A stretch of 64,000 nt of DNA from Escherichia phage ALITA. The position numbers and the translations under genes were made by a program. Every line of letters starts with the position of its first letter. The first letter of the stretch is position 1. The notes below the pieces were generated by a model. That model saw only the letters and a program-made list of their open reading frames with translations. It made no database searches and was not told the origin of the DNA. Shown piece after piece: positions 1-8,785 of this stretch. The stretch lies in sequence record PP359570; one strand, written 5' to 3'.

Positions 1-152
1 GAGCAGCAGAACACTGGTTAGAAATTCTTGAAAAAATGGAGTCCTCTTTTAAAGATTCAACTCCACCGGAAGAAGTTAATGAAAAACAACGGCAAGAGCG
101 TTTAGAAGGTCGTATTTTGTTTGCTAAGTATTTCCATAATTTGTGGAGCTAA
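1..152 (+). CDS. 3' end of an upstream gene (partial, hypothetical)
   Basis: Frame open from window edge to TAA at 150-152; no start codon in window. Confidence 0.3.
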   Translation, partial: AAEHWLEILEKMESSFKDSTPPEEVNEKQRQERLEGRILFAKYFHNLWS

Positions 153-228
153 ACATATCTGGTAAAATCACTTATATGTTCTTAGTATACTTGTGTAAAG
201 AAGTTATCGGTCTAATTAAGGGGAAGAT

Positions 229-480
229 ATGATTCAGTTTCAAAAAGGTCAAAAGATGACAGTTCACAATGCAGAGGAAATGGAATTTGCACTTAAACTT
301 CTCGAAAATGCTGGGTTTGTGTGGATCAACGGTGGAGAGAAGCCTACAGCTTGGCTTCCACATGAGAAAATAGCCAACCACACCTTTCCTGATAGTATCA
401 ATTGGCATTCTGATGGTAAGATTTGCCGTGGAAGTTACCCAACAGGTGTTGAGTGGACTATTAAATTAGGAGGGCTTTAA
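229..480 (+). CDS. hypothetical early protein (83 aa)
   Basis: ORF-track ORF; purine-rich SD-like run (aaggggaag) upstream of ATG; no recognisable motif. Confidence 0.5.
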   Translation: MIQFQKGQKMTVHNAEEMEFALKLLENAGFVWINGGEKPTAWLPHEKIANHTFPDSINWHSDGKICRGSYPTGVEWTIKLGGL

Positions 481-481
481 T

Positions 482-820
482 ATGTTTAGTAAAGAAATGA
501 GAGAAGTAATTGCCACTTTGGTAGTTGATCATGGTGTTGAAGTTGAGCGTCACGTTTGGAACGATGAACCTCCTTTCTTCGATTTGGCATCACGAGCTAA
601 AAGTCATATGCACCTGCTGGAAGACGGTAATGAGTTTGTTCTCCGTATGCGTTATGATCGAGAGTTTCGAATTCCGCTTGACACTGAACCAGATGGTGTA
701 GTAATGTGGTTGGCAGAACATTTCGCATACGATGCACTACATGGAAGAAGTTTTGGTAATGAGCGTTGGGATGCCATTTGTCGTAAGCATAATATTGAAC
801 CAGAGTACGGGAGTATGTAA
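482..820 (+). CDS. hypothetical protein (112 aa)
   Basis: ATG 2 nt after previous stop (coupled); no recognisable motif. Confidence 0.5.
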   Translation: MFSKEMREVIATLVVDHGVEVERHVWNDEPPFFDLASRAKSHMHLLEDGNEFVLRMRYDREFRIPLDTEPDGVVMWLAEHFAYDALHGRSFGNERWDAICRKHNIEPEYGSM

Positions 821-1071
821 TGTTAAGTATCAAACCTAAAATGATAACGGAAGATGAAGCAGACTTTATTTTCAAATGTGGACGTGTATGGAGAGAATTC
901 ACAAAAGGAAATGAAGTGGTTGTTGTTGTCGAACACAAGATATCTATCCAGGATCTGTTTGGACAATATGTTGATGTTATTAAATTAGGTATTGACAAGG
1001 GTTTAGTTGAGGTGTTAACATTAGATCAAGTTGAAGCAGAGCACCTCGATAAAGTAGTGGTTGAATTTTAA
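820..1071 (+). CDS. hypothetical protein (83 aa)
   Basis: Start overlaps previous stop (ATGTAATG); no recognisable motif. Confidence 0.5.
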   Translation: MLSIKPKMITEDEADFIFKCGRVWREFTKGNEVVVVVEHKISIQDLFGQYVDVIKLGIDKGLVEVLTLDQVEAEHLDKVVVEF

Positions 1072-1091
1072 AATACAGACGGGAGAAAGGT

Positions 1092-1265
1092 ATGAGTTTC
1101 TTTGTTACAGTATTTATGGCTATCTGGATTGTAGTCTCACTCGTTCTTTTCCTGGTGGGTTGTCTGGAAGAGATTAAGAAAGCGGTTATTTGCGGTTTCT
1201 TTGGCTTTATTATCTCTCCTGCCTGGATGTGGTTCTTCATTATGATTGGTTTCCTTAAAAGGTAA
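1092..1265 (+). CDS. small hydrophobic membrane protein (57 aa)
   Basis: Below ORF-track cutoff; GGGAGAAAGG SD then ATG; translation MSFFVTVFMAIWIVVSLVLFLVG... is strongly hydrophobic; coordinates by codon counting. Confidence 0.4.
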   Translation: MSFFVTVFMAIWIVVSLVLFLVGCLEEIKKAVICGFFGFIISPAWMWFFIMIGFLKR

Positions 1266-1279
1266 GTGAGGAATAAAGA

Positions 1280-1717
1280 ATGAGTAAAACAAACGCAATT
1301 GCAGATAAAGCAACGGATGTACTTCTGAACATGGTTAACGTCACTATTCAAACAATGAGTGATGTTGTAGAGTTTGGAAAACAACAAATTCCAGAAGTAA
1401 TCCATCAATTATTAGTGTGGAAAGCAGTATCCGCAGGTTTATGGCAACTTTTTAGTATTTGCTTTATGTTTATTACTTTTATTGCTGTGCGGAACCTCGT
1501 AAAAGCAATTAAAGATAAAGAATGCCTGTGGTCACGAGATCGCTATGGTGAAGTATCTGCTTTACCTATTGTTGGTCTTGTTGTCTGTGCTTTCTTTTTC
1601 TTTTTAGGATTTGTTATTTTCTTTTCGAATTTTGATTGGCTAAAAATCATTATTGCACCAAAAGTGTATCTGATTGAATTTGCTGCTGATTTAATTCGTT
1701 CATCTCAACAAAAATAA
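1280..1717 (+). CDS. membrane protein (145 aa)
   Basis: ORF-track ORF with several hydrophobic segments (e.g. LWQLFSICFMFITFIAV, LVVCAFFFFLGFVIFF). Confidence 0.5.
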   Translation: MSKTNAIADKATDVLLNMVNVTIQTMSDVVEFGKQQIPEVIHQLLVWKAVSAGLWQLFSICFMFITFIAVRNLVKAIKDKECLWSRDRYGEVSALPIVGLVVCAFFFFLGFVIFFSNFDWLKIIIAPKVYLIEFAADLIRSSQQK

Positions 1718-1728
1718 AAGGGGTTAAA

Positions 1729-2856
1729 ATGAAATACACGATTTATGGTGATATTGTAAGTGTAAATAAAGATATGGGCGTGGAATCTAACTATCTTCCA
1801 CCTGGATTCTATACTGTTAGTCGTGATCCCCTTGGCAATTATTTTTTAAGCCGTGGTAATCTAACAGGTGTACCGGATGTTTTGTATGGTGAAACAGAAA
1901 AACGAGCAAATCACGTTATCCGTACATTCCATCGCCGGAGTGCACAAGGTAAAAACACAGGCTTGCTTCTGACAGGAACTAAGGGCAGTGGTAAAACTAT
2001 GTTAGCCAAACTCATTAGTCGTGACCTTGTAGAAGAAGGTATTCCAACTATTATGGTTACTCAAGCCTACAGCGATGCTAATTTCATTGAACTTATTAGC
2101 AAGATCACCGACAAAGCAGTGATTATTTTTGACGAGTTTGATAAAGTATATGAGAAGAAACAAGATCAAGAAGCACTTCTCACTTTGTTAGATGGTACTG
2201 GGAGTGGTAATAAACTGTTTATTCTAACTAAAAACAGTGGTTTTATCTCTGAATTCTTTTTAAATCGTCCTAGTCGTGTGTTTTATAATTTTAATTATGA
2301 TAAAATCTCACTAGAAACTATGATTGACTATTTAGATAAAAACTTGGATAACAAAGCACACTTTGATAATTTCCAAAGGCTTTGGGATGTAAGTTTAGAG
2401 TTGTCCTTTGATGTGATCCAAGGTATAGTAGAAGAACTTAATTTCTACCCTGATTTATCCTTTAAAGAATGCATCTCTATGATGGGCGTTTCTTTGGGTG
2501 GTGGTAATAAATGGGATATCAGCAGCGTTGTTATTAATGGAAAACTTCAGAAAGTTAGCTGGGTATCTAGTTGGCATAACTTCACACCTGCAATCTTCTT
2601 AGGTGGCTCGTGCACACTAGACGTGTACTTGTCATCTCCAAGTGATGCAGACTCTAAAGAAGCCCTTGCTAATAGCTCTTACGTGGTTTTTGATGATGAA
2701 GGCGATGCTCGAATTCCATTGAATGCGACAAAAATGAAAGCAGATCTTATTACAGGCGGTAAAATCGTTGTGTTTAGTGATGATCCAGAAGATTCTTTCC
2801 GTATTGTTCTGGAACCAACTATCACCAATGGTGCAACTTTGGCAAGCGTGTTTTAA
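1729..2856 (+). CDS. AAA+/P-loop ATPase
   Basis: Walker A GTKGSGKT and Walker B IIFDEFD in translation; gene followed by hairpin terminator. Confidence 0.6.
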   Translation: MKYTIYGDIVSVNKDMGVESNYLPPGFYTVSRDPLGNYFLSRGNLTGVPDVLYGETEKRANHVIRTFHRRSAQGKNTGLLLTGTKGSGKTMLAKLISRDLVEEGIPTIMVTQAYSDANFIELISKITDKAVIIFDEFDKVYEKKQDQEALLTLLDGTGSGNKLFILTKNSGFISEFFLNRPSRVFYNFNYDKISLETMIDYLDKNLDNKAHFDNFQRLWDVSLELSFDVIQGIVEELNFYPDLSFKECISMMGVSLGGGNKWDISSVVINGKLQKVSWVSSWHNFTPAIFLGGSCTLDVYLSSPSDADSKEALANSSYVVFDDEGDARIPLNATKMKADLITGGKIVVFSDDPEDSFRIVLEPTITNGATLASVF

Positions 2857-2871
2857 GTAAGCCAGCAAATA

Positions 2872-2897
2872 AAAACCCGCTTCGGCGGGTTTTCTTG
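2872..2897 (+). terminator. rho-independent terminator, UUCG-tetraloop family
   Basis: aacccgcTTCGgcgggtt followed by T-run; same element recurs near 27.8 kb and (reverse) 32.2 kb; approx coordinates. Confidence 0.6.
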
Positions 2898-2930
2898 TAT
2901 TGATACCAGATTTAATAAGAGGAGTAATAG

Positions 2931-4337
2931 ATGCCAGCACCAAAATCATGGGAACAATATAAAGAAGAATTAACACCCCTTGCTAAAAATCACAACATTC
3001 AGATTCTGGGTTATATTGGTGAATGGAAAGGGAGCAAGACTAAACTTAAGCTATCTTGCTCTGATCATGGGGAGTGGGAAAGTACCATAATCAATAGCTT
3101 TAAAACTAAAGGCGGTAAATGTTGCCCCGATTGCAATGGTCGTAGAAAAGTAACAGAAGAAAAGGAATGTATTTCCCTTGTTGATGTTGCTAAAGAAAGA
3201 GGGTTTACTTTTATAGGTCTTGCCGAAGAGTGGCGAGGTGTGCTAACAAAAATCCGCATAGTTTGCCCTAAACATGGAGAGTGGAACACCACGACCATTA
3301 GTGGTTTTAGGAAGGGACGTGGTTGTCCGGCATGTGCAAGTAATAAGCCGTTAACATGGGAAACAGAATTACCGATCTTGGAAGAGATAGCACAGAAGAA
3401 GGGGTATCAGGTGTTAGGGTACGTGGGAGAATGGAAAGGGATTGATACAAAACTTGATTTGTTGTGTCACTGTGGTAACAGATGGGATACTACAAGTATT
3501 AACAGTTTTAAACATGATCATGGTTGTCCTTTATGTGGGTATGAGAATACAAGGAAGGCACAAACAATACCCGACGATCAACATATTGCAGATTTCTTTT
3601 CTACAGGGAAATTTAAGGAAGGCACTATCTTTACCAATACAGGGAAACGTAGTTGTAGTAAAAACAAGGACATTATCTGGATGATCGAATGTCCTGTTTG
3701 CTCTCATGATGAGTATGTGCAAGCAGGTGTATGTGATGGTAAGTTTTATATGACACGTAGCGATCTTAAGGCTGGACACTTGCCCTGCCGCTGTGCAACT
3801 AACTCTCATTATACAGAAAATCAGATTACCTACAGGGTAAAAAAGGAAGTAGAAGGGAGAGGGTATGTCTGGGTAGGTTGGATCGGTAAACCGTCTATAA
3901 GACTGGGTAATTTTAAATATCTTTGTCTTGTTCATGGGGAACAAATTGGTAGTGCTTATCGCTTACTATATCAGGATAATGGTTGTCCACAATGTGCAGG
4001 TCATAGTCAGCAGCAATTGTATGTTAATGTTGTTAAAGATAATGGTATTATAGTTGCTCTTAAGTTTGGTATATCTAAAGATAGTGCTAGGAGATTAAAC
4101 ATTCAAAATAGGCGTAATATGTTTTTTATGGAGCGTATTTGTTTATATGATTTTAGTACAGTGAAGCAGTGTAAGGCTGCTGAAAGAGCTATAAAGAAAA
4201 AATTAAAAACTGGTATCTTAACAGCAAGAGAGTTGAAAGATGGTTATACAGAAACAGTAAGTGTTTCTGATTTGGAAAATCTTCAAAAAATTATTACACA
4301 ATATGGTGGCAAATTAGTATACAGTAAGGAGGTGTAA
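2931..4337 (+). CDS. putative GIY-YIG/T5orf172-family nuclease with N-terminal Zn-ribbon repeat modules (homing-endonuclease-like)
   Basis: 4-5 repeats of ~45 aa module GEW.G..TKL.L.C..HGEW.TT.I.SF....GCP.C; C-terminal LYVNVV...KFGIS...RR...DGYTET resembles GIY / KIG.T / GYTE pattern. Confidence 0.5.
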   Translation: MPAPKSWEQYKEELTPLAKNHNIQILGYIGEWKGSKTKLKLSCSDHGEWESTIINSFKTKGGKCCPDCNGRRKVTEEKECISLVDVAKERGFTFIGLAEEWRGVLTKIRIVCPKHGEWNTTTISGFRKGRGCPACASNKPLTWETELPILEEIAQKKGYQVLGYVGEWKGIDTKLDLLCHCGNRWDTTSINSFKHDHGCPLCGYENTRKAQTIPDDQHIADFFSTGKFKEGTIFTNTGKRSCSKNKDIIWMIECPVCSHDEYVQAGVCDGKFYMTRSDLKAGHLPCRCATNSHYTENQITYRVKKEVEGRGYVWVGWIGKPSIRLGNFKYLCLVHGEQIGSAYRLLYQDNGCPQCAGHSQQQLYVNVVKDNGIIVALKFGISKDSARRLNIQNRRNMFFMERICLYDFSTVKQCKAAERAIKKKLKTGILTARELKDGYTETVSVSDLENLQKIITQYGGKLVYSKEV

Positions 4338-4889
4338 ATGCGGATTACTGATAAGTATGTGTTCTTCTTCTCGGCAAAAGATGAATTTAGCAACTGGTAT
4401 CTATCATCTTTTATTGAACCTTTAGCTCCCAAGTATAATAATTCTATTACAAGTTCTGTTGAATTTACTTGTGTGGAACAATATATGATGTGGAGAAAAG
4501 CATGTTTGTTTTATGATTACAGTATTGCATCTTCTATTTTAACCGGAGATCTAAGATATACAGGAGAAAAAGAACAAGCATATTATAAACGACTAGGCAG
4601 ATTAGTTAAAGATTATGATGAAGATACCTGGGCTTCTTTACGGGAGAAGATTGTCAAGCGTGGTTTGTATCTTAAATACACACAAAATGAAGATCTCAAA
4701 AATAAACTTATCGCTTACGCAGATAAGGAGTTCGTAGAGGCAAGCCCCTATGATTCTATTTATGGTATCAAAATGGGGATGTGGGATCGGGACGTGGAAA
4801 ATAAGGATTGTTGGAAAGGGCAAAATCTTTTAGGAAAATGGCATACAGACCTTGCTGTTTATCTAAAATCACAATCTGATATTTCCTGA
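4338..4889 (+). CDS. NADAR-domain protein (YbiA-like)
   Basis: FFFSAKDEFSNWY, CVEQYMMWRKACLF.D and EASPYDSIYGIKMG match NADAR/YbiA conserved blocks. Confidence 0.6.
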   Translation: MRITDKYVFFFSAKDEFSNWYLSSFIEPLAPKYNNSITSSVEFTCVEQYMMWRKACLFYDYSIASSILTGDLRYTGEKEQAYYKRLGRLVKDYDEDTWASLREKIVKRGLYLKYTQNEDLKNKLIAYADKEFVEASPYDSIYGIKMGMWDRDVENKDCWKGQNLLGKWHTDLAVYLKSQSDIS

Positions 4890-4916
4890 TATTTTGAAAA
4901 TTTTTATTTTTATAAA

Positions 4917-4962
4917 AAGGGGTGTGGGTTTCATGTACGGAAATCCACCCTCTGAATAATAT
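4917..4962 (+). terminator. imperfect hairpin after NADAR gene (possible terminator/processing site)
   Basis: gggtgtgggtttc...gaaatccaccc inverted repeat; no clear T-run; approx. Confidence 0.25.
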
Positions 4963-5103
4963 ATCCAGAGTAAGTAGTATTCTGTACTCTGTTAATAAAG
5001 TATTTAATTTGTTTGTTGGATTATGGTGGCTGATCTTTAAAAGGCATACTATCTCTTAACTACTACTTATAACAAAACAGTAAAATCCTTTTTATAAAAG
5101 TAC

Positions 5104-5311
5104 AAAATTATTTAAAGTTTTTACAGATTTTCGGGTACAAATTTTGAAAATGAAAAGTTCAAGTTTGGTCAAAATTATTTAAAGTTTTTGTACGTATTTC
5201 TGTCCAGATTTTGAAAATGAAAACTTCAATTTTTTAAAAATTCCCCAGTTTATTTAAAGTTTTTTTGCCTTTTTCCGTAGAAAAATCAAAAATGAAAAGT
5301 TCAATTTCGTG
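5104..5311. repeat. three imperfect ~65-70 bp tandem direct repeats
   Basis: Each unit carries ATTATTTAAAGTTTTT and (A)TTTTGAAAATGAAAA(G/C)TTCAA(G/T)TT; approx boundaries. Confidence 0.6.
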
Positions 5312-5326
5312 TTTTTATAGGTGTGT

Positions 5327-5438
5327 TAATGAGAATCATTTTCGTTTGTAAATGAGAATCATTATCATTTAACTATGTAAGTGATAATCATTCTCAGTAA
5401 GAGAATGAGAATCATTAGCAAATGAGAATTTTTCTCAT
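5327..5438. promoter_or_regulatory. cluster of five Fur-box-like AT-rich palindromic motifs
   Basis: AATGAGAATCATT(ATCATT), GTGATAATCATTCTC, AATGAGAATTTTTCTCATT; one copy differs from the Fur core ATGATAATCATTATC at one position. Confidence 0.45.
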
Positions 5439-5439
5439 T

Positions 5440-6200
5440 TACAGAATAACGCGCAGGGGCGGTGTTTGTCTCGCGCTCCCGTGTCCCCTCGCCATACAAT
5501 AAGAATAGCATAACCAATAACAAAAGCAAGCGATTATTTTTATCTTTACATTTCTTTACAAATTTATTTTAGACGAGCTACCGGCGATCAACCTTCCAAC
5601 CAGTGCCCCCTGGTATGTTAGCCCCGCCTTTACGCCGTGGGGTGGCGTTTCCTCTTCTGTATGTAAAACAGTATAAGCCCGATCCCTGGGCTTGTCAAGA
5701 TTATTTTTTGTTTTCTTGCCAGGATAGGACACCTAACCAAAAATACATGTCGCCCCGCGCCCCTGGTGGGATCTTGCTTTCCCCGCCGCCACTGCAAGCC
5801 CATAAATAACCATCAGCGAACGGATCAAAGTGATCTATCTCTTCCACCTTATGATCGCCCAGGTTGAGAACGGTTTCAACCTTTAAGCCCGTTGCGCTTG
5901 CTACCTGGTGCACCGTGCCGCCTTGCCAGCCCAGTGAGTGCATGAGATGTAAAGAAGTATTTGTCATGGTATCGCCCTTTCTTTGTTGTGCGCCCTGGTT
6001 GGCGCGGTAGAAAGATGATAGCCGTTTCCTTCATATATAGCAAGCAAAAAAGAAATGAAAAAAAGATTAAAAAATGGTTGACGTTCCTCACCTGGTAGCG
6101 TAGTATTCATCTTGTCGAGGGGGGCAAGACACAACGACAATAAACAATAGGCGGGTGCAATGCAAGACGGGCAAAGGTGAGGATCTCCACAATCCACCGT
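5440..6200. other. G+C-rich island inside otherwise AT-rich phage DNA
   Basis: Visibly GC-rich (gcgcaggggcggtg..., ccccgcgcccctggtggg...); composition unlike flanking DNA. Confidence 0.5.
5701..5967 (-). CDS. hypothetical protein (88 aa) in GC-rich island
   Basis: ORF-track ORF, only sizeable ORF in island; no recognisable motif. Confidence 0.25.
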   Translation of the reverse strand: MTNTSLHLMHSLGWQGGTVHQVASATGLKVETVLNLGDHKVEEIDHFDPFADGYLWACSGGGESKIPPGARGDMYFWLGVLSWQENKK

Positions 6201-6339
6201 CACAATAACATTACTTATAAAAGGTTGATAACGATGATCAAGAAAGAAAATAGCTTGACGGTTGGAACGATTAACGCTATCATTCTTGCCGTTCCATTTT
6301 GGATTGTAGTTGCGGTTATTATTTTCTAAAAAAATATTC

Positions 6340-6397
6340 TTGACAACGTTTTTTAATCTGATAAGATGTATCACATAGGGCGGCAATAGTGCCGCTC
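6340..6397 (+). promoter_or_regulatory. PeSL-like cassette: sigma70-type promoter + 5' stem-loop
   Basis: TTGACA-16 bp-TAAGAT then cacataGGGCGGCAatagTGCCGCtc hairpin, SD, ATG at 6420; approx. Confidence 0.6.
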
Positions 6398-6419
6398 ATA
6401 ACAGAAGAGAGAAATAATC

Positions 6420-6692
6420 ATGGCATCATATAGCGCATCAATGATTGTAAAGGGTATCACTGGTAAACCTATGCGCGGTGGCGGATCTTTCGCTAACATC
6501 AATATTGATGGACGTTTATCCCTGGACGCAGCGATCACAGTGGCACGGGAAACATTTAAAAAAGAATGTAATTTCAATAAACAAGATTATCTCGGTTTTG
6601 CTATTGAAAAAACCGCGCGCTTTGTGGATTATAAAAGCCCGAAAATGATCGACACTACACTAAAAGCGCAAGATGTAGCGTTTTTGCTTTAA
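6420..6692 (+). CDS. hypothetical early protein (90 aa)
   Basis: Immediately downstream of PeSL cassette; SD agaagagag. Confidence 0.6.
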   Translation: MASYSASMIVKGITGKPMRGGGSFANINIDGRLSLDAAITVARETFKKECNFNKQDYLGFAIEKTARFVDYKSPKMIDTTLKAQDVAFLL

Positions 6693-6695
6693 GAC

Positions 6696-6756
6696 TTGAC
6701 ACTGAAAAATAATTTGATAATATATACCACATAAGGCGGGGAAATGGTTTCCCGCC
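6696..6756 (+). promoter_or_regulatory. PeSL-like cassette
   Basis: TTGACA, AT-rich -10, GGCGGGGAAATGGTTTCCCGCC hairpin; approx. Confidence 0.6.
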
Positions 6757-6778
6757 AAATCAAAGAAAGGGTAATGCA

Positions 6779-7141
6779 ATGAGCAAGCAAATCAATACTA
6801 TCATGTTTAATCTGGTATCTTTCCGCGATGACGTGAAAAACCTTTCGCGTGATGCAGTGGATGCACGGATCGAAAGCTATCGCACACAGATCGCAACGTT
6901 ACCGCTGAAACGTGATCAACATGCCGCTAATATGATGCTTGATGCTATGATTAAAAAGATGATTCAATGTGATCTTACCCTGGCTTATGAATATGCTGGC
7001 GATCTCTTTGTAACATATAGCAAGCCCGTTCCAGGTATGAGCACCACGGAAGAATTGCATGCCTTAAATCTGCGACAAGATGCATGGGATAACATGCGCC
7101 GTGTTATGGTATGGGTAGAAAGCGGTAAAATTTACGAATAA
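6779..7141 (+). CDS. hypothetical early protein (120 aa)
   Basis: Downstream of PeSL cassette; SD aaagaaaggg. Confidence 0.6.
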   Translation: MSKQINTIMFNLVSFRDDVKNLSRDAVDARIESYRTQIATLPLKRDQHAANMMLDAMIKKMIQCDLTLAYEYAGDLFVTYSKPVPGMSTTEELHALNLRQDAWDNMRRVMVWVESGKIYE

Positions 7142-7147
7142 AAACGG

Positions 7148-7201
7148 TTGACATTGCACTAAAACCTGATAAGCTATCTTAAAGCGGGAATAGTTCCCGC
7201 T
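7148..7201 (+). promoter_or_regulatory. PeSL-like cassette
   Basis: TTGACA...gataag -10-like, aGCGGGAAtagTTCCCGCt hairpin; approx. Confidence 0.55.
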
Positions 7202-7219
7202 TACATAGGATAAAACTTT

Positions 7220-7366
7220 ATGAAACAATATGTAATGAGTATTCACACCAAAAACGGCGCTACTGTTACGACTCCGGCACGGTTTGCACTTGTAAACCGT
7301 TGCAAGAGACTAAAACGAGAGCTAAAAAACAACCGTGCAACGGGCTTTAAACGCTGGGGAGGATAA
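7220..7366 (+). CDS. small basic protein (48 aa)
   Basis: Below track cutoff; ATG 19 nt after cassette hairpin; MKQYVMSIHTKNGATV...; codon-counted. Confidence 0.4.
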   Translation: MKQYVMSIHTKNGATVTTPARFALVNRCKRLKRELKNNRATGFKRWGG

Positions 7367-7368
7367 TC

Positions 7369-7629
7369 TTGTTTTTTCTAAAAGTTTTTGATAATGTGAT
7401 CGCTTTTGAACATGCTACAACGTTCGACCTGGCGAGATACGCTATCAGGTTTAAAGATAATGTTTATCCCCGTGCTGGCGGCGGTTACACTATTTTTAAT
7501 CATCGCAACGCGCAACTAACTGATATAACTAATCCAGATCCTGGAGTGTATCGGATAGGCTGGCTACCGTCAAAAGATGCGGCAAGCATGTTTAAGGTAT
7601 GTAAACTACTAACAGAAGAGGCGAACTAA
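7369..7629 (+). CDS. hypothetical protein (86 aa), TTG start
   Basis: ORF-track ORF beginning at TTG 7 nt after GGAGGA. Confidence 0.4.
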   Translation: MFFLKVFDNVIAFEHATTFDLARYAIRFKDNVYPRAGGGYTIFNHRNAQLTDITNPDPGVYRIGWLPSKDAASMFKVCKLLTEEAN

Positions 7630-7630
7630 C

Positions 7631-8185
7631 ATGGGGCGTGAATATGTGATCCAGTCCTGGGTAAAGCATGATGCTAATGATCCGCGCATAATACCAGATG
7701 ACATGATCGATCACATGGTAGGGTATAGCGGGGAGCAGATAGGAAATCGAGCGGCAAAGAGCAACGGCAACACCAGGACGCGATCCGTTCGCCCTGGATG
7801 GCTGGCAAATGGTAACGCTGACATTGCAAGCGCCGCAGATCCAAGCGATGACGCTAAAAATAATCCCTTATACAGTATTGATCCGGCTTTTAAGGTGTTG
7901 GAAGAGTATCCCGCTAAATTAGCCGCACTAGATAAAGCATACGAAGAAAAACGGGTGGCATGGACTGTATACAACACCGCTAAAATGGTGCTAGATGCAA
8001 AATTGATTAAAGCCCAGGAGAAGATCAATAAACTTGTTACCATAGCGCAAGAGGAAGACCAGGACGACCAGGAGGAAGAGGAAGAAATCATGCCTAACCT
8101 GGAAGAGGAAGAGATCCAGCCATACACGCCGACAGAAGAGGAAAAAATACAAGCCTTAAAAAATTATAAAAATTGTATTGTGTAA
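7631..8185 (+). CDS. hypothetical protein with highly acidic C-terminus (184 aa)
   Basis: ORF-track ORF; C-terminal EEDQDDQEEEEEIMPNLEEEEIQP run. Confidence 0.5.
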   Translation: MGREYVIQSWVKHDANDPRIIPDDMIDHMVGYSGEQIGNRAAKSNGNTRTRSVRPGWLANGNADIASAADPSDDAKNNPLYSIDPAFKVLEEYPAKLAALDKAYEEKRVAWTVYNTAKMVLDAKLIKAQEKINKLVTIAQEEDQDDQEEEEEIMPNLEEEEIQPYTPTEEEKIQALKNYKNCIV

Positions 8186-8188
8186 GGC

Positions 8189-8245
8189 TTGACATATGCA
8201 AACAAGCCCCGTAATATGTACCACATAGAGCGGGGCAACCCCCTC
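8189..8245 (+). promoter_or_regulatory. PeSL-like cassette (upstream of tandem pair)
   Basis: TTGACA-17-TAATAT, cacatagaGCGGGGcaaCCCCctc hairpin; approx. Confidence 0.5.
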
Positions 8246-8265
8246 AAAGGTGAAATAAAAATCAC

Positions 8266-8293
8266 TTGACAACTGAAATCAGTAAGCTATAAT
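8266..8293 (+). promoter_or_regulatory. sigma70-type promoter without hairpin
   Basis: TTGACA-16-TATAAT consensus; approx. Confidence 0.6.
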
Positions 8294-8330
8294 GCTTATA
8301 TAAATTAAAGCGTTACTAAGGAATAAAATC

Positions 8331-8696
8331 ATGGCTAAAAATATCAATGTTTCTGCTTATGCTACCCTGGCTAACACTGCTAAAATTGAACTATCCAGCA
8401 TTGAAGCGGTACATATTAGCGCCCGTCGCTGGTTTCAAAAGTCTTATGGTAATACTTATTTCTCTTTGATGGTTGACGTTGAGATCGGCGGTAAACTGAT
8501 TGAAGTCGTTAACGTTCCGTTTCAATATGGTTATGGTGATCATTTTGATACCGTTGCCCTAGAAGAGTTTAGCAAGGTTATCAACCTGGAAGGTAAAGAC
8601 TTTTCAAATTATGCTTACCTTTCCCGTTTTTGCCGTGATAATGGGATCGCTGTATACAGTCATGCAAGCGATGTTAAACGTAAAAAAGATTTATAA
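8331..8696 (+). CDS. hypothetical early protein (121 aa)
   Basis: Downstream of tandem promoters; SD aaggaa. Confidence 0.6.
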   Translation: MAKNINVSAYATLANTAKIELSSIEAVHISARRWFQKSYGNTYFSLMVDVEIGGKLIEVVNVPFQYGYGDHFDTVALEEFSKVINLEGKDFSNYAYLSRFCRDNGIAVYSHASDVKRKKDL

Positions 8697-8702
8697 AAAG
8701 TA

Positions 8703-8762
8703 TTGACAGCACGAATAAAAAGCGTAAAATGTTTTATATCAGGACGGGGGAACGGTTTCCCC
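8703..8762 (+). promoter_or_regulatory. PeSL-like cassette
   Basis: TTGACA-16-TAAAAT, GGGGGAAcggTTTCCCC hairpin; approx. Confidence 0.6.
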
Positions 8763-8785
8763 TCCTAACAAAGAGAGAAATAAAA

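Noticed and set aside
1729-2856. Terminase large subunit or clamp loader
   Set aside because: Only generic Walker A/B are recognisable; no nuclease domain or clamp-loader boxes, and the gene sits among early genes.
2632-2976. 114-aa - strand ORF
   Set aside because: Antisense across the 3' end of the ATPase gene, the terminator and the start of the next + gene.
5964-6386. 140-aa - strand ORF spanning the GC island edge and the first PeSL promoter
   Set aside because: Runs antisense through a + strand promoter/hairpin and a small + strand ORF; no SD; looks like a chance open frame.
7711-8127. 138-aa - strand ORF, Ser-rich
   Set aside because: Antisense shadow of the acidic (GAA/GAG-rich) + strand gene 7631..8185.
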